The translations under genes and the position numbers were made by a program. 64,000 bases of DNA from Bacteroidales bacterium (GTDB lineage: Bacteria; Bacteroidota; Bacteroidia; Bacteroidales; UBA7960), in contig SKRM01000033.1 of assembly GCA_007118495.1 (NCBI GenBank), positions 9,201 through 73,200 on the forward strand. The letters are read 5' to 3'. Shown one piece after another: positions 16,721-26,704 of the stretch; the first letter of the stretch is position 1; every line of letters starts with the position of its first letter. The notes under the pieces are model-generated. The model was given only the letters and a program-made list of their open reading frames with translations, was not told the origin of the DNA and did no database searches.

Positions 16721-17502
16721 CAGTTACCCTGGTGCAGTCTCCCTTGTTTTGGGAAGACAGGGAGAAAAACCTGGATATGTTTACGAAAAAACTCCAGGGT
16801 TTGGAAAGTACCACTGATCTGGTCGTTTTACCCGAAATGTTTACCACAGGATTCACCATGGAGCCCAAAGGGCTTGCCGAGCCTATGGAAGGCAAAACCA
16901 TGCAGTGGATGAGGGATCAGGCTTCAGCAGGAGGCTGTGTTGTTGCCGGCAGCCTGATCATCCAGGATAAGGAATCGTTTTATAACCGCTTTATCTGGAT
17001 GCAAGCTGATGGTAATTATTATTCGTATGATAAAAAGCACCTGTTTAGCTATGCAGGAGAGAATAAAAACTATACTCCAGGAACGTCCAAAACGATTATA
17101 GAATTGAATAACTGGAAGATCATGCCCATGATCTGTTATGACCTCAGGTTCCCGGTTTGGAGCAGAAACAGGCATACAGAAGGGGCGGGGTTCGATTTCG
17201 ACTGTTTATTGTATGTAGCCAACTGGCCTGCCAGTCGCAGCCATGTCTGGCGCATATTGCTTATGGCAAGAGCTATTGAAAACCAGTGTTATGTGGTGGG
17301 GTTAAACCGCCTTGGTCAGGATGGAAACGACATAGATTATTCGGGCGACTCTGCTGTGATTGACCCCACTGGTGAGAACATCTCTTCTCTGCTGCCATTC
17401 GAAGAAAAGACAGATACTGTTGTCATGACACGTTGTTCGCTGGATAGTTTCAGGGACAGTTTCAGACCATGGGTTGACTGGGACAATTTTCAGTCAGACT
17501 GA
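16708..17502 (+). CDS. carbon-nitrogen hydrolase family amidohydrolase (omega-amidase/YafV-like)
   Basis: 264 aa. Nitrilase-superfamily catalytic triad context: E in VLPEMF, K in YDKKHLF, C in ICYDLRFP. It overlaps the preceding gene by 13 nt. Confidence 0.85.
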   Translation: MQHLTVTLVQSPLFWEDREKNLDMFTKKLQGLESTTDLVVLPEMFTTGFTMEPKGLAEPMEGKTMQWMRDQASAGGCVVAGSLIIQDKESFYNRFIWMQADGNYYSYDKKHLFSYAGENKNYTPGTSKTIIELNNWKIMPMICYDLRFPVWSRNRHTEGAGFDFDCLLYVANWPASRSHVWRILLMARAIENQCYVVGLNRLGQDGNDIDYSGDSAVIDPTGENISSLLPFEEKTDTVVMTRCSLDSFRDSFRPWVDWDNFQSD

Positions 17503-17531
17503 GAAATAGTTGTGTATGCTTTCACCCCTGG

Positions 17532-19364
17532 CTAAAGTACTTCCAGTTCGTGCCGCAGGTTCTCGATGATAAATTGCTGTCTTTCAGGTGTGTTTTTGCC
17601 CATGTAAAAGCTTAAGAGCTCATGCAGGCTCATATCTTTGCGTAAGATAACGGGATCTAGCCTGATGCTTTTACCAATAAAGTGTCCGAACTCACCCGGC
17701 GATATTTCACCAAGACCCTTAAAGCGGGTAATCTCAGGAGAGCTCCCCAGCTTACCAATGGCTTGATTCTTCTCCTGCTCACTATAGCAGTATATTGTTT
17801 TTTGTTTATTGCGCACCCTGAATAACGGGGTTTGCAGAATATACAGATGGCCGTTCCTGACCAGATCTGGAAAAAACTGGAGAAAGAAAGTCAAAAGCAA
17901 CAGCCTGATATGCATCCCATCAACATCAGCATCTGTGGCAACCACTATATTGTTGTAACGTAAGTCTTCAAGACTCTCTTCAATGTTCAGGGCCGCCTGG
18001 AGCAGGTTAAACTCTTCGTTCTCGTAGACAATCTTTTTTGTAAGACCATAACTATTCAGGGGCTTGCCTTTAAGACTGAATACGGCTTGCGTATTTACAT
18101 CCCTTGCTTTGGTGATGGAACCACTTGCTGAATCACCCTCAGTAATGAACAATGTAGATTCCAGTCGCTGGGGATGGTTGTCACTATAATGGACACGGCA
18201 ATCTCTTAATTTTTTGTTGTGCAGGCTTGCTTTTTTAACCCGTTCTCTGGCCAGTTTCTTGATGTTGGCCATATCCTTTCTGTCTTTTTCTGACTGCACA
18301 ATTTTTTTTAGCAAAGCGTCTGCAACCTCAGGATGCATATGCAGGTAGTTGTCAAGCCGCCTTTTGAGGATATCTCCTATGTAGTTTCTGATGGTTGTCC
18401 CACCTGGTTCCATATGCTGGGAGCCGAGTTTGGTTTTGGTCTGAGACTCAAAAACCGGTTCATGCACCTTGATACTCAGGGCTACTATGATTGATGTTTT
18501 GATGTCATTGGCATCAAAATCTTTTTTGTAAAAATCACGGATGGTTTTATTCAGGGCTTCTCTGAATGTAGCCTGATGTGTGCCCCCCTGTGTGGTATGC
18601 TGCCCGTTAACGAAAGAATAGTATTCTTCACTGTACTGACTGGTGCTGTGGGTAAATGCAAACTCCATCTCGTCTTCTTGTATGTGCACTATGGGATAAC
18701 AGATCGGCGTATCAATGTTTCTTGATAATAGATCAAGCAATCCATTTTGCGAACCCATTTTCCGGCCATTAAATATAATGGTGAGTCCCCTGTTTAAGAA
18801 AACATAATTCCACAGAAGTTTTTCAATATATTCTTCTATAAACCTGAATTTGCCGAAGATACCATCATCGGGAACAAAAGTAACCATGGTTCCGGTACGT
18901 TCTCTGCATTCCTCCTCGAACTCTCTGACCAACTGACCAGTGGTAAACTCCGCGGTTTTAGCCTTGCCTTCTCTGACCGATTTAATAAGGAATGGATTGG
19001 ACAGGGCATTTACTGCCTTTGTCCCAACGCCATTTAGTCCCACGGTTTTCTTGAATACCTTGCTGTCATATTTGGCTCCGGTATTGATGCGTGAAACGCA
19101 GTCAACCACCTTTCCCAAAGGAATCCCCCGGCCATAATCGCGAACTGTTACCTGACGTTCATCAATACTTACCTCAATAGTTTTCCCAAATCCCATGATA
19201 TACTCATCAATGGCATTGTCAATAACTTCTTTGATGAGTACGTAAATCCCATCATCCTGTGAAGCACCATCACCGAGCTTCCCGATATACATTCCGGGAC
19301 GAAGCCTGATGTGTTCGTTCCAATCAAGTGTTTTTATGGTGTCTTCAGAATAATTCTCGACCAT
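17532..19364 (-). CDS. parE: type IIA DNA topoisomerase subunit B, short form (topoisomerase IV ParE-like)
   Basis: 610 aa with a GHKL ATPase N-terminus (EVIDNAIDE), a Toprim EGDSA motif and a PLKGK-like SLKGKPLN motif. It is shorter than the GyrB at 51434-53401. Confidence 0.85.
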   Translation of the reverse strand: MVENYSEDTIKTLDWNEHIRLRPGMYIGKLGDGASQDDGIYVLIKEVIDNAIDEYIMGFGKTIEVSIDERQVTVRDYGRGIPLGKVVDCVSRINTGAKYDSKVFKKTVGLNGVGTKAVNALSNPFLIKSVREGKAKTAEFTTGQLVREFEEECRERTGTMVTFVPDDGIFGKFRFIEEYIEKLLWNYVFLNRGLTIIFNGRKMGSQNGLLDLLSRNIDTPICYPIVHIQEDEMEFAFTHSTSQYSEEYYSFVNGQHTTQGGTHQATFREALNKTIRDFYKKDFDANDIKTSIIVALSIKVHEPVFESQTKTKLGSQHMEPGGTTIRNYIGDILKRRLDNYLHMHPEVADALLKKIVQSEKDRKDMANIKKLARERVKKASLHNKKLRDCRVHYSDNHPQRLESTLFITEGDSASGSITKARDVNTQAVFSLKGKPLNSYGLTKKIVYENEEFNLLQAALNIEESLEDLRYNNIVVATDADVDGMHIRLLLLTFFLQFFPDLVRNGHLYILQTPLFRVRNKQKTIYCYSEQEKNQAIGKLGSSPEITRFKGLGEISPGEFGHFIGKSIRLDPVILRKDMSLHELLSFYMGKNTPERQQFIIENLRHELEVL

Positions 19365-19497
19365 ATTCGCGTATTGTGTTTAGATGCAAAGATAAACATT
19401 ATGGCTTCAACCATTCAAAATGTGACAGGGATTTAGGGTGATGATCTTTATACTGTTTTTAAGCCTGAAAGTTACGTCTGACATCATAACAAACATA

Positions 19498-19530
19498 AAT
19501 GTTTAATATGTGTTAAACATTGTTAAACAA
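19498..19530. repeat. cluster of TGTTTAA/TTAAACA half-sites: a 9-bp inverted repeat plus a tandem TGTTAAACA direct repeat
   Basis: AATGTTTAA (19498-19506), a 6-nt spacer, then TTAAACATT (19513-19521). TGTTAAACA occurs at 19511-19519 and again at 19521-19529, a 10-bp period. Confidence 0.55.
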
Positions 19531-19769
19531 ATATCTTGCCGGATATGGTATAACAGGATCAATATGTTGTTTTTTTTGAAATATACATCTAATAAGTATC
19601 AGATATACAGTTGTTTGATACTTGGTTGGCTATGTTTGGATCAAGAACTTGCAAGCAAACACCACAATTGTATCAATTTTGGCATCAGTATGATGTCAAA
19701 CCTTTTCAGTACATCTATGTTGTAAACAGATGTATAAAAATACAGATACATACATTAACCGATAACAAC

Positions 19770-22271
19770 ATGATGACCAAAAATATGAAAGCATTTTTTT
19801 TTGCTGTAAGTGTCTTGCTGATCAGTACTTTGAATGTATTGGCAAGTGAAACGGATACTGAAGCCCAGGGCCGTTCTGCACAGCGTCAGGCTCCCGGACT
19901 TGTGTTTGGACAATTGGTAGACGGGCAGACCGATGAGTCGTTGATGTTTGCCAGTATTGTACTTCACAATATGGCTGACTCAACTATGACGGGAGGTGCC
20001 ATTTCTGATGAGACAGGACGTTTTGTAATTGACAATGTTCCTTTTGGAAGTTATTACCTGGCTGTAAGCTATGTTGGGTATCCAAGACAAACCCTGAACG
20101 GAATTTCCATAAGGCCCGATAATGTAGCCCATGATGCGGGCATTGTGCGCATTGTGCCCGATGCATCTCTGCTTTCAGAAGTTACCGTAACAGCCACACG
20201 TGAGCTCATGGAAGTGGGCCTCGACCGGAGAGTTTTCAATGTGGCCCAGGAACTGACCTCAGTCGGTGGCACAGCGTTGGATATTATGCAAAACATACCA
20301 GGTGTTGCAGTTGATTTTGACGGAAATGTCAATTTGAGGGGTAGTAATAATGTGACCATACTCATAGATGGAAGGCCCTCAAGTTTATTGGGAATGTCTG
20401 GGTCTGAAGCCCTGCAACAGCTTCCTTCGGATATGATTGAGCGGGTTGAAGTAATTACCAACCCCTCGGTAAGGTATGATGCTGACGGAACATCCGGAAT
20501 CATCAACATTGTGTTGAAAAAGGAAAGGCGCCAGGGGTATAACGGCATGTTGACCACCAATGTGGGTTCCAATGGCAGGTATTCGGGTTCTGTGAATATG
20601 AATTATTTTGTGGGCAAGCTTAATGTTTTTGGTAACTATAGTGGGAATGTCTCAAGTACTGATGGGTTTGGTTCCAATTTCAGCTCCAGCTTTCTTGCAG
20701 ACACCACTTATATGGATCAGAACATGCTGTTTGAAAATGATATGAATACGCATAACCTGACCCTGGGTGTAGACTACAACATGAATGACTACAATACATT
20801 TACAGTTTCATTCGGGCTGAATAACCGCGACAGGAATGGATTGAGCCAGATTGATTATTACGCACTGGATAGAACTTTTGACATAAGCGATGTGTTTATC
20901 CGCGCGTCAGAAAATTCAATGGATAACTCAGGTTACCAGGTGAATTTTAGCCACCGACGCACCTATCCACAGAGGTTCCGTGAGTGGACAACTGATTTTA
21001 CCTTTTCGTCAAGGAGCATGCTTAATACAGAAGAAAACCGTCAATACACCCATCCAGATTTTGGAACAGGGTTAGAGTCTGTGTTGCAAAACACCGCTTC
21101 AGAGGGGAACAACCATATGTTCAGATTCCGGACAGATTATGTCTATCCAATGGGTGAAAACACCAAGCTTGAGGCTGGAGTACAGGCCTACATAAGAGAA
21201 GATGGGTCAGATTTTGCATTTTTTGATTTTGATCATCAGCAACAGTTCTGGAGCAACAATGAAGGACTAAGTAACAATTTTGTATATAACGAACAGATTC
21301 TCTCGGCTTATGGTATTTATTCAACCATAGTGGGAAACTACAGTCTGATGGGCGGGTTAAGAATTGAAAACACCAATGTTCAAGCCGACCAGCGAACCAC
21401 ACAACAGAAATTTAATGATGATTACTTCAGTTTCTTCCCAAGTTTCCATGTCCGCCGCAATATGGCTAACAACCAGAGTATCCAATTGAGTTACGGTCGC
21501 CGGATCAACAGGCCAAACCAAAGAAACGTCAATCCATTTATAAGTTATACCGACCCCTATAATCTTTCTTTTGGTAACCCTGGACTGCAACCCGAATTTA
21601 CCAATAGTCTGGAGTTGGGTTTTGCCAGATATGGGCGCACGACCACAATCAACCCCTCGGTGTTTTACCGTCACACAACGGGTATGGTTACAAGGTTTCG
21701 CACCATGGATGAGCAGGGAATTGCCTACACAACGTTTGAAAACCTCAATACAGGCATTTCGTATGGAGCAGAAATGGTTGTTTCGCATCGAATCGCTGAT
21801 TTCTGGCGTGCAAATGGTACAGTTAGCTATTTCAGACGTACTGTTGAGGGCAGCAACCCCCAAATGCAATTACGTAATGACAGTTATTCGTGGTCAGCCA
21901 GGTTGATGAATAACTTCACCCTGCCCCGTGGTTTCACTGCACAGCTTTCTGGGTTTTACAGGTCACCCATGGTGATGATTCAGGGTGAAATGAAGGCCAT
22001 GTATTCGGCCGACATGGCTGTAAGAAAGTCTGTGATGAACAACAATGGAACCATCACCCTCAGACTAAGTGATGTCTTCAATACCCAGCGTTTCCAAATG
22101 TATAATTACGGAGATAATTTTACCCTTGACCTCGAGAGGCGGCGAAACAGCCGGATGGTATTTCTCGGATTCAGCTACCGTATCAATGATTTTGACAGGC
22201 GCAGCCAAAGGCGTGACAGAGACACTGATGACTTTGGAGGTGATATGGATTTTGGGGGCTTTGATTTGTAA
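19770..22271 (+). CDS. TonB-dependent-receptor-like outer membrane beta-barrel protein with N-terminal carboxypeptidase-regulatory-like domain
   Basis: The start is moved to MMTKNMKAFFFAVSVLLISTLNVLA, a signal peptide. It has a CarbopepD_reg-like segment, a plug-like segment (DIMQNIPGVAVDFDGNVNLRGS), a long beta-rich C-terminus and an acidic tail. Confidence 0.85.
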   Translation: MMTKNMKAFFFAVSVLLISTLNVLASETDTEAQGRSAQRQAPGLVFGQLVDGQTDESLMFASIVLHNMADSTMTGGAISDETGRFVIDNVPFGSYYLAVSYVGYPRQTLNGISIRPDNVAHDAGIVRIVPDASLLSEVTVTATRELMEVGLDRRVFNVAQELTSVGGTALDIMQNIPGVAVDFDGNVNLRGSNNVTILIDGRPSSLLGMSGSEALQQLPSDMIERVEVITNPSVRYDADGTSGIINIVLKKERRQGYNGMLTTNVGSNGRYSGSVNMNYFVGKLNVFGNYSGNVSSTDGFGSNFSSSFLADTTYMDQNMLFENDMNTHNLTLGVDYNMNDYNTFTVSFGLNNRDRNGLSQIDYYALDRTFDISDVFIRASENSMDNSGYQVNFSHRRTYPQRFREWTTDFTFSSRSMLNTEENRQYTHPDFGTGLESVLQNTASEGNNHMFRFRTDYVYPMGENTKLEAGVQAYIREDGSDFAFFDFDHQQQFWSNNEGLSNNFVYNEQILSAYGIYSTIVGNYSLMGGLRIENTNVQADQRTTQQKFNDDYFSFFPSFHVRRNMANNQSIQLSYGRRINRPNQRNVNPFISYTDPYNLSFGNPGLQPEFTNSLELGFARYGRTTTINPSVFYRHTTGMVTRFRTMDEQGIAYTTFENLNTGISYGAEMVVSHRIADFWRANGTVSYFRRTVEGSNPQMQLRNDSYSWSARLMNNFTLPRGFTAQLSGFYRSPMVMIQGEMKAMYSADMAVRKSVMNNNGTITLRLSDVFNTQRFQMYNYGDNFTLDLERRRNSRMVFLGFSYRINDFDRRSQRRDRDTDDFGGDMDFGGFDL

Positions 22272-22297
22272 CCAACAAGCTTTTGTTTTTATGAAGG

Positions 22298-22329
22298 GCT
22301 TTGGCACCATGGCTGCCAAAGCTTTTTTT
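22298..22329 (+). terminator. rho-independent terminator after the OM barrel gene
   Basis: 9-bp perfect stem GCTTTGGCA / TGCCAAAGC, a 7-nt loop, then a T7 run. It touches the stop codon of the convergent gene. Confidence 0.7.
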
Positions 22330-23758
22330 ATGTTGTGCTATATCCAAAGAGTTTTTTGGTCTTGATGCAAGCAGAAACATACCTTGGTACCATTTTTTCC
22401 CAGTCCTGATCACCTTTTTTAATTTTTTGCAGTACCAGGTGTGAATGGTAAGCAAGCACTTCTTTCTTGTAATCTTTAATATCCAGGATATAATCACCTT
22501 CGGTAAGAAATTTATACAGCAGCCTGATTTTTTTATTTACGGCCATATTGCCTGACTGAACTACTTTACCTGTTGTGGGGTGCAGTGCAGGATAGAGATA
22601 TACCTTAAGGTTATGCATAAACAACTTACCAAAAGCTTCAAGGATGCCGCCTTTCAGGTCTTTATAGTAAGCTTCTTCAATGACATTCCTGAATGTCAGG
22701 GCACCGATGACCATCCTGATATTATTGATCTTGAAGCGCTGAAACCATTCTGCCAGCCTGTAAAACTCCCTGAAATTTGAGATCATCACGTTTTGTCCCA
22801 TTCCGCTAAGGATATCAACCCGGTCAAGGAAGTCTCTTTCATCAAAATCTCCTTCTTCCATGAGGTTATTCAGTGTCATTTCGCATAAGACCTCGGTTTT
22901 GTCCTCGTTTTTGTTGTAGCCAACTTCTTGCTTGAAAAGAGAAAACCCATTTCTAAGCATATCAAACCCGACGTATGTAATGGGACGGAAGCTTCCTCTG
23001 ATAACCATAATGTTTTTCTTATACAACAAATCTGAAGGTTGCTTCACGTCACCATGCCTGTCAAACATTACCACAGGTGTCATCCCGTTTTTCACCATTT
23101 GCACAGCCAATAAACGGTTGTCAACATAATCAAGGTCAGGCCCATTCATGCGAAGCATGTCAATTTCGACCCTGTCAGATGAAATATCTTCAAGCAGTGA
23201 CTTCAAGAAACTGTTGGGATATTGGTGGTTATAATAACAGGCATAAATCAGGTTTACCCCCAGTACACCCAATGTCTGTTGCTGATGGAGCGAATCGTTT
23301 TCAAGTAACCTGACATGCATAACCACCTCATTTGGTGGTGTGCCCGGTTTCAACTGAAACCTGACACCAATCCATCCATGGGCCTTGTTGTCTTTTTTAT
23401 AATTAAGGGTAGTTACCGTGTTGGCAAATGCGAAAAAGCGGGTTTGATGCCCCCGCTGCTTTTTCAGCAGGGTTACCAGGCTATTGTATTCTTTGTCAAG
23501 CATTTGCTTGAGTCGATCTTCAGAAACATATCTTTTAGAAGGGCTCTTGCCATAAAGGTAATCACTAAAAGCCATATCATAGGCCGAAACTGTTCTGGCT
23601 ACCGTGCCTGAGGCGCCCCCCGACTGAAAAAAACAGCGGGCCACTTCCTGGCCTCCCCCAATTTCAGCGAATGAACCATAGATGCTTTGGTCAAGATTGA
23701 TAAACAACGCTTTTCTGCCGCTGTCCCAGACTTCTTTTGCAATAGGGCCATCTGCCAT
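22328..23758 (-). CDS. conserved-looking soluble protein of unknown function
   Basis: 476-aa uninterrupted ORF with no TM segments or signal peptide and no motif I can name. The N-terminal FAEIGGGQEVARCFFQSGGASGT segment looks like a conserved block. Confidence 0.75.
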   Translation of the reverse strand: MADGPIAKEVWDSGRKALFINLDQSIYGSFAEIGGGQEVARCFFQSGGASGTVARTVSAYDMAFSDYLYGKSPSKRYVSEDRLKQMLDKEYNSLVTLLKKQRGHQTRFFAFANTVTTLNYKKDNKAHGWIGVRFQLKPGTPPNEVVMHVRLLENDSLHQQQTLGVLGVNLIYACYYNHQYPNSFLKSLLEDISSDRVEIDMLRMNGPDLDYVDNRLLAVQMVKNGMTPVVMFDRHGDVKQPSDLLYKKNIMVIRGSFRPITYVGFDMLRNGFSLFKQEVGYNKNEDKTEVLCEMTLNNLMEEGDFDERDFLDRVDILSGMGQNVMISNFREFYRLAEWFQRFKINNIRMVIGALTFRNVIEEAYYKDLKGGILEAFGKLFMHNLKVYLYPALHPTTGKVVQSGNMAVNKKIRLLYKFLTEGDYILDIKDYKKEVLAYHSHLVLQKIKKGDQDWEKMVPRYVSACIKTKKLFGYSTT

Positions 23759-23859
23759 GGTCAGCTGTTTTAAAGGTTAATAATCAAATGTAAAAGAAAA
23801 AACACAATATCCGCAAAATTGTTTTATTTTAGCCCGCAAACAACCATTCGAATTCATCT

Positions 23860-24732
23860 ATGACAAATATTCTGGTAACAGGGAGTAGTGGGCAGCTTGG
23901 TAAAACACTTCAAGATCTGGCACCTTTGTTTGGACAGTTTACATTTCAATTTACAGACAAGGAAGATCTTGATGTAACATCTCCTGAAAACATAAAGAGC
24001 TATCTGAAAAACAATCCATATGACTGCCTGATAAACTGTGCCGGCTATACGTCAGTTGATGGTGCAGAAGACGATGCGACCGTAGCCTCCCTGCTAAATG
24101 CAAGAGCTGCTGGCTTTCTTGCAGAGGCAACCGCAAAAAAAGGAGCCTTGATGATACATATTTCAACCGACTATGTATTTGACGGGAAAAAGTCAAAACC
24201 TTATACTGAAGGTGATTCTGCCAATCCCAGGTCAACTTACGGCAAAACTAAGCTTGATGGTGAAATTGAAGTGATTTTCAATGCAAAAAGGGCCATTATT
24301 ATCCGGACTTCATGGCTGTATTCAAAATATGGTCAGAACTTTGTCAAGACAATCAGGGAAAAGGCAAGGAGTGAAAATGAACTCAAGGTTGTCATCGACC
24401 AGGTGGGAACACCCACATGTGCAGAAGATCTGGCGACGGCTATTTTGCAGATGATTCCCGGCATCCCAAATCGCATCAGGGGAGAAATCTACAACTTCAG
24501 CAATGAAGGTGTGGCCAGCTGGTATGATGTAGCCAAGGCTATCATAGAAATGGAACAGATCAAATGCAAGGTAAATCCGGTGCTGACCAAAGACATTGGG
24601 TCGCGTGCAGAAAGACCACATTACAGTGTGTTGGATAAATCACGAATTAAAAAGGAATTTGGTCTTCAAATCCCTTACTGGCGAGATAGCCTGAAACGTT
24701 GTTTGGATACTATGTCTGCAAAATCAACATAA
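23860..24732 (+). CDS. rfbD: dTDP-4-dehydrorhamnose reductase
   Basis: 290 aa with an ILVTGSSGQLG Rossmann motif, the STDYVFDG motif and the YGKTK catalytic pair typical of RmlD. Confidence 0.9.
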   Translation: MTNILVTGSSGQLGKTLQDLAPLFGQFTFQFTDKEDLDVTSPENIKSYLKNNPYDCLINCAGYTSVDGAEDDATVASLLNARAAGFLAEATAKKGALMIHISTDYVFDGKKSKPYTEGDSANPRSTYGKTKLDGEIEVIFNAKRAIIIRTSWLYSKYGQNFVKTIREKARSENELKVVIDQVGTPTCAEDLATAILQMIPGIPNRIRGEIYNFSNEGVASWYDVAKAIIEMEQIKCKVNPVLTKDIGSRAERPHYSVLDKSRIKKEFGLQIPYWRDSLKRCLDTMSAKST

Positions 24733-24735
24733 TCA

Positions 24736-25413
24736 ATGGGTATATTGATTGCACTTGCTGTTGTTGTCATGTGGGTCTTTCATTTGTCATGGATCCTGCA
24801 GCATGTCGTACCTTCTTTTACCAATCTATGGATGTATATCCACATATTGGTACAGGCATGGCTCTTTACCGGATTGTTTATTACAGCCCACGATGCCATG
24901 CATGGCAATATATCCAGGTCAAGACGCATAAATGAAGCCATTGGTCATATTGCCTCCTTCTTGTTTGCGGCCATGTTTTACAAACGTTTGAAAAAAAATC
25001 ACGGTTTGCACCATAAGTTTCCGGCCACAGCACAGGACCCTGATTTTTTTGCCAAATCGCAAAACTTTTTTTTGTGGTGGGGCGCTTTTATGTACCGGTA
25101 TGTTACTGTGCTCCAAATCATGATTATGGCCATCATATTTAATTTGCTGCTATTGATTCCGGCTGTTGATGAAGCCAGGGCCATTGTTTTCTGGGCACTC
25201 CCTGCCATACTAGGTACACTCCAGTTATTTTGGGTAGGGGTATACTGGCCGCACCGGCTTCCGCATCATGAGCATATGGGCCCCCACAGGGCGCGCACAC
25301 AGCATAAAAACCATCTTTGGGCCCTGATCAGTTGTTACTTCTTTGGTTACCACCGTGAGCATCATAACAATCCGCGTATACCGTGGTGGCAATTATTCAA
25401 GACAAAGCCCTGA
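24736..25413 (+). CDS. crtW: beta-carotene ketolase (CrtW-type membrane di-iron fatty-acid-desaturase family)
   Basis: 225 aa with three His boxes (HDAMHG, HGLHH, HREHH) spaced as in CrtW, and 4 TM segments. Confidence 0.75.
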   Translation: MGILIALAVVVMWVFHLSWILQHVVPSFTNLWMYIHILVQAWLFTGLFITAHDAMHGNISRSRRINEAIGHIASFLFAAMFYKRLKKNHGLHHKFPATAQDPDFFAKSQNFFLWWGAFMYRYVTVLQIMIMAIIFNLLLLIPAVDEARAIVFWALPAILGTLQLFWVGVYWPHRLPHHEHMGPHRARTQHKNHLWALISCYFFGYHREHHNNPRIPWWQLFKTKP

Positions 25414-25480
25414 TCCGTAAAGCTTTTGCCATACTAACCATACAGGTAAACAATTCAGCAGTATTTCCCGTTTTAAGTGC

Positions 25481-26185
25481 ATGGAAAAATACACCTATGC
25501 TTTGTTGCTTGTTGGCAGCATCATGATTCCCCTTGTCAGAAGTTTTGAAGACAAAGTGAGGTTTCATAAATATTTGGTTCCGCTGTTTGCGGGTATCTTC
25601 ATTATGTCGCTGGTCTTTATATCATGGGATGTAATCTTTACCCGGAACGGTGTCTGGTGGTTTGCACATGAATATGTATTGGGAATTTATTTGCTTGGGC
25701 TTCCGATTGAAGAATGGCTATTTTTTGTGGTCATTCCTTATTGTGTTATGTTCATATATGAGGTGCTGAGATATTTTTTCCCACACTTTGTATTTCCACG
25801 AACCGTTTTTGTGGTAAGCCTTGCATTGGCAATTGCTTTTATTGTCATAGCTGCTCTGAATACCCAGAGAATTTATACCCTGGTGGTTATGTTGCTTACG
25901 GGCCTGTTGCTAATCAGTCAGCTTGGTCTTCGCAACCACAAAACATGGTTATCCCATTTTTTTCTTACCTACCTGGTAAGCCTGATTCCTTTTTTTATTG
26001 TAAACGGTGTGCTCACTTCCAGGCCCGTTGTTAGTTATAATGATTTGGAGAACCTTGGGATACGTTTGTATACCATACCTGTTGAAGATTCAGTGTATCT
26101 TATGGGGATGATGCTCATGGTAAATATGGTCTACGAAAGGGTGAAGTCTGCCAGAAACAAAAAAACCGCCTCCGGTCTCAGATAA
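25481..26185 (+). CDS. lycopene cyclase domain protein (fused CrtYc/CrtYd-type)
   Basis: 234-aa polytopic protein with two copies of the PxE(E/D) motif context (LPIEEWLFF and IPVEDSVYL). Confidence 0.7.
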   Translation: MEKYTYALLLVGSIMIPLVRSFEDKVRFHKYLVPLFAGIFIMSLVFISWDVIFTRNGVWWFAHEYVLGIYLLGLPIEEWLFFVVIPYCVMFIYEVLRYFFPHFVFPRTVFVVSLALAIAFIVIAALNTQRIYTLVVMLLTGLLLISQLGLRNHKTWLSHFFLTYLVSLIPFFIVNGVLTSRPVVSYNDLENLGIRLYTIPVEDSVYLMGMMLMVNMVYERVKSARNKKTASGLR

Positions 26186-26197
26186 GCCGGGGCGGTT
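26157..26197 (-). terminator. rho-independent terminator of the V-ATPase operon (overlaps the 3' end of the convergent cyclase gene)
   Basis: The minus strand reads AACCGCC-CCGG-loop-CCGG-A-GGCGGTT followed by TTTTTTTG. It begins 28 nt after the ntpK stop. Confidence 0.6.
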
Positions 26198-26224
26198 ATA
26201 TATGTCTTAGAAAGGGTCCTCTTA

Positions 26225-26704
<480 letters not shown>

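Noticed and set aside
19611-19769. The upstream extension of the OM barrel ORF (track start 19611, MFDTWLAMFGSRTCK...).
   Set aside because: The extension has no signal-peptide character. A canonical signal peptide begins at the ATG at 19770, so the extension is treated as untranslated leader.
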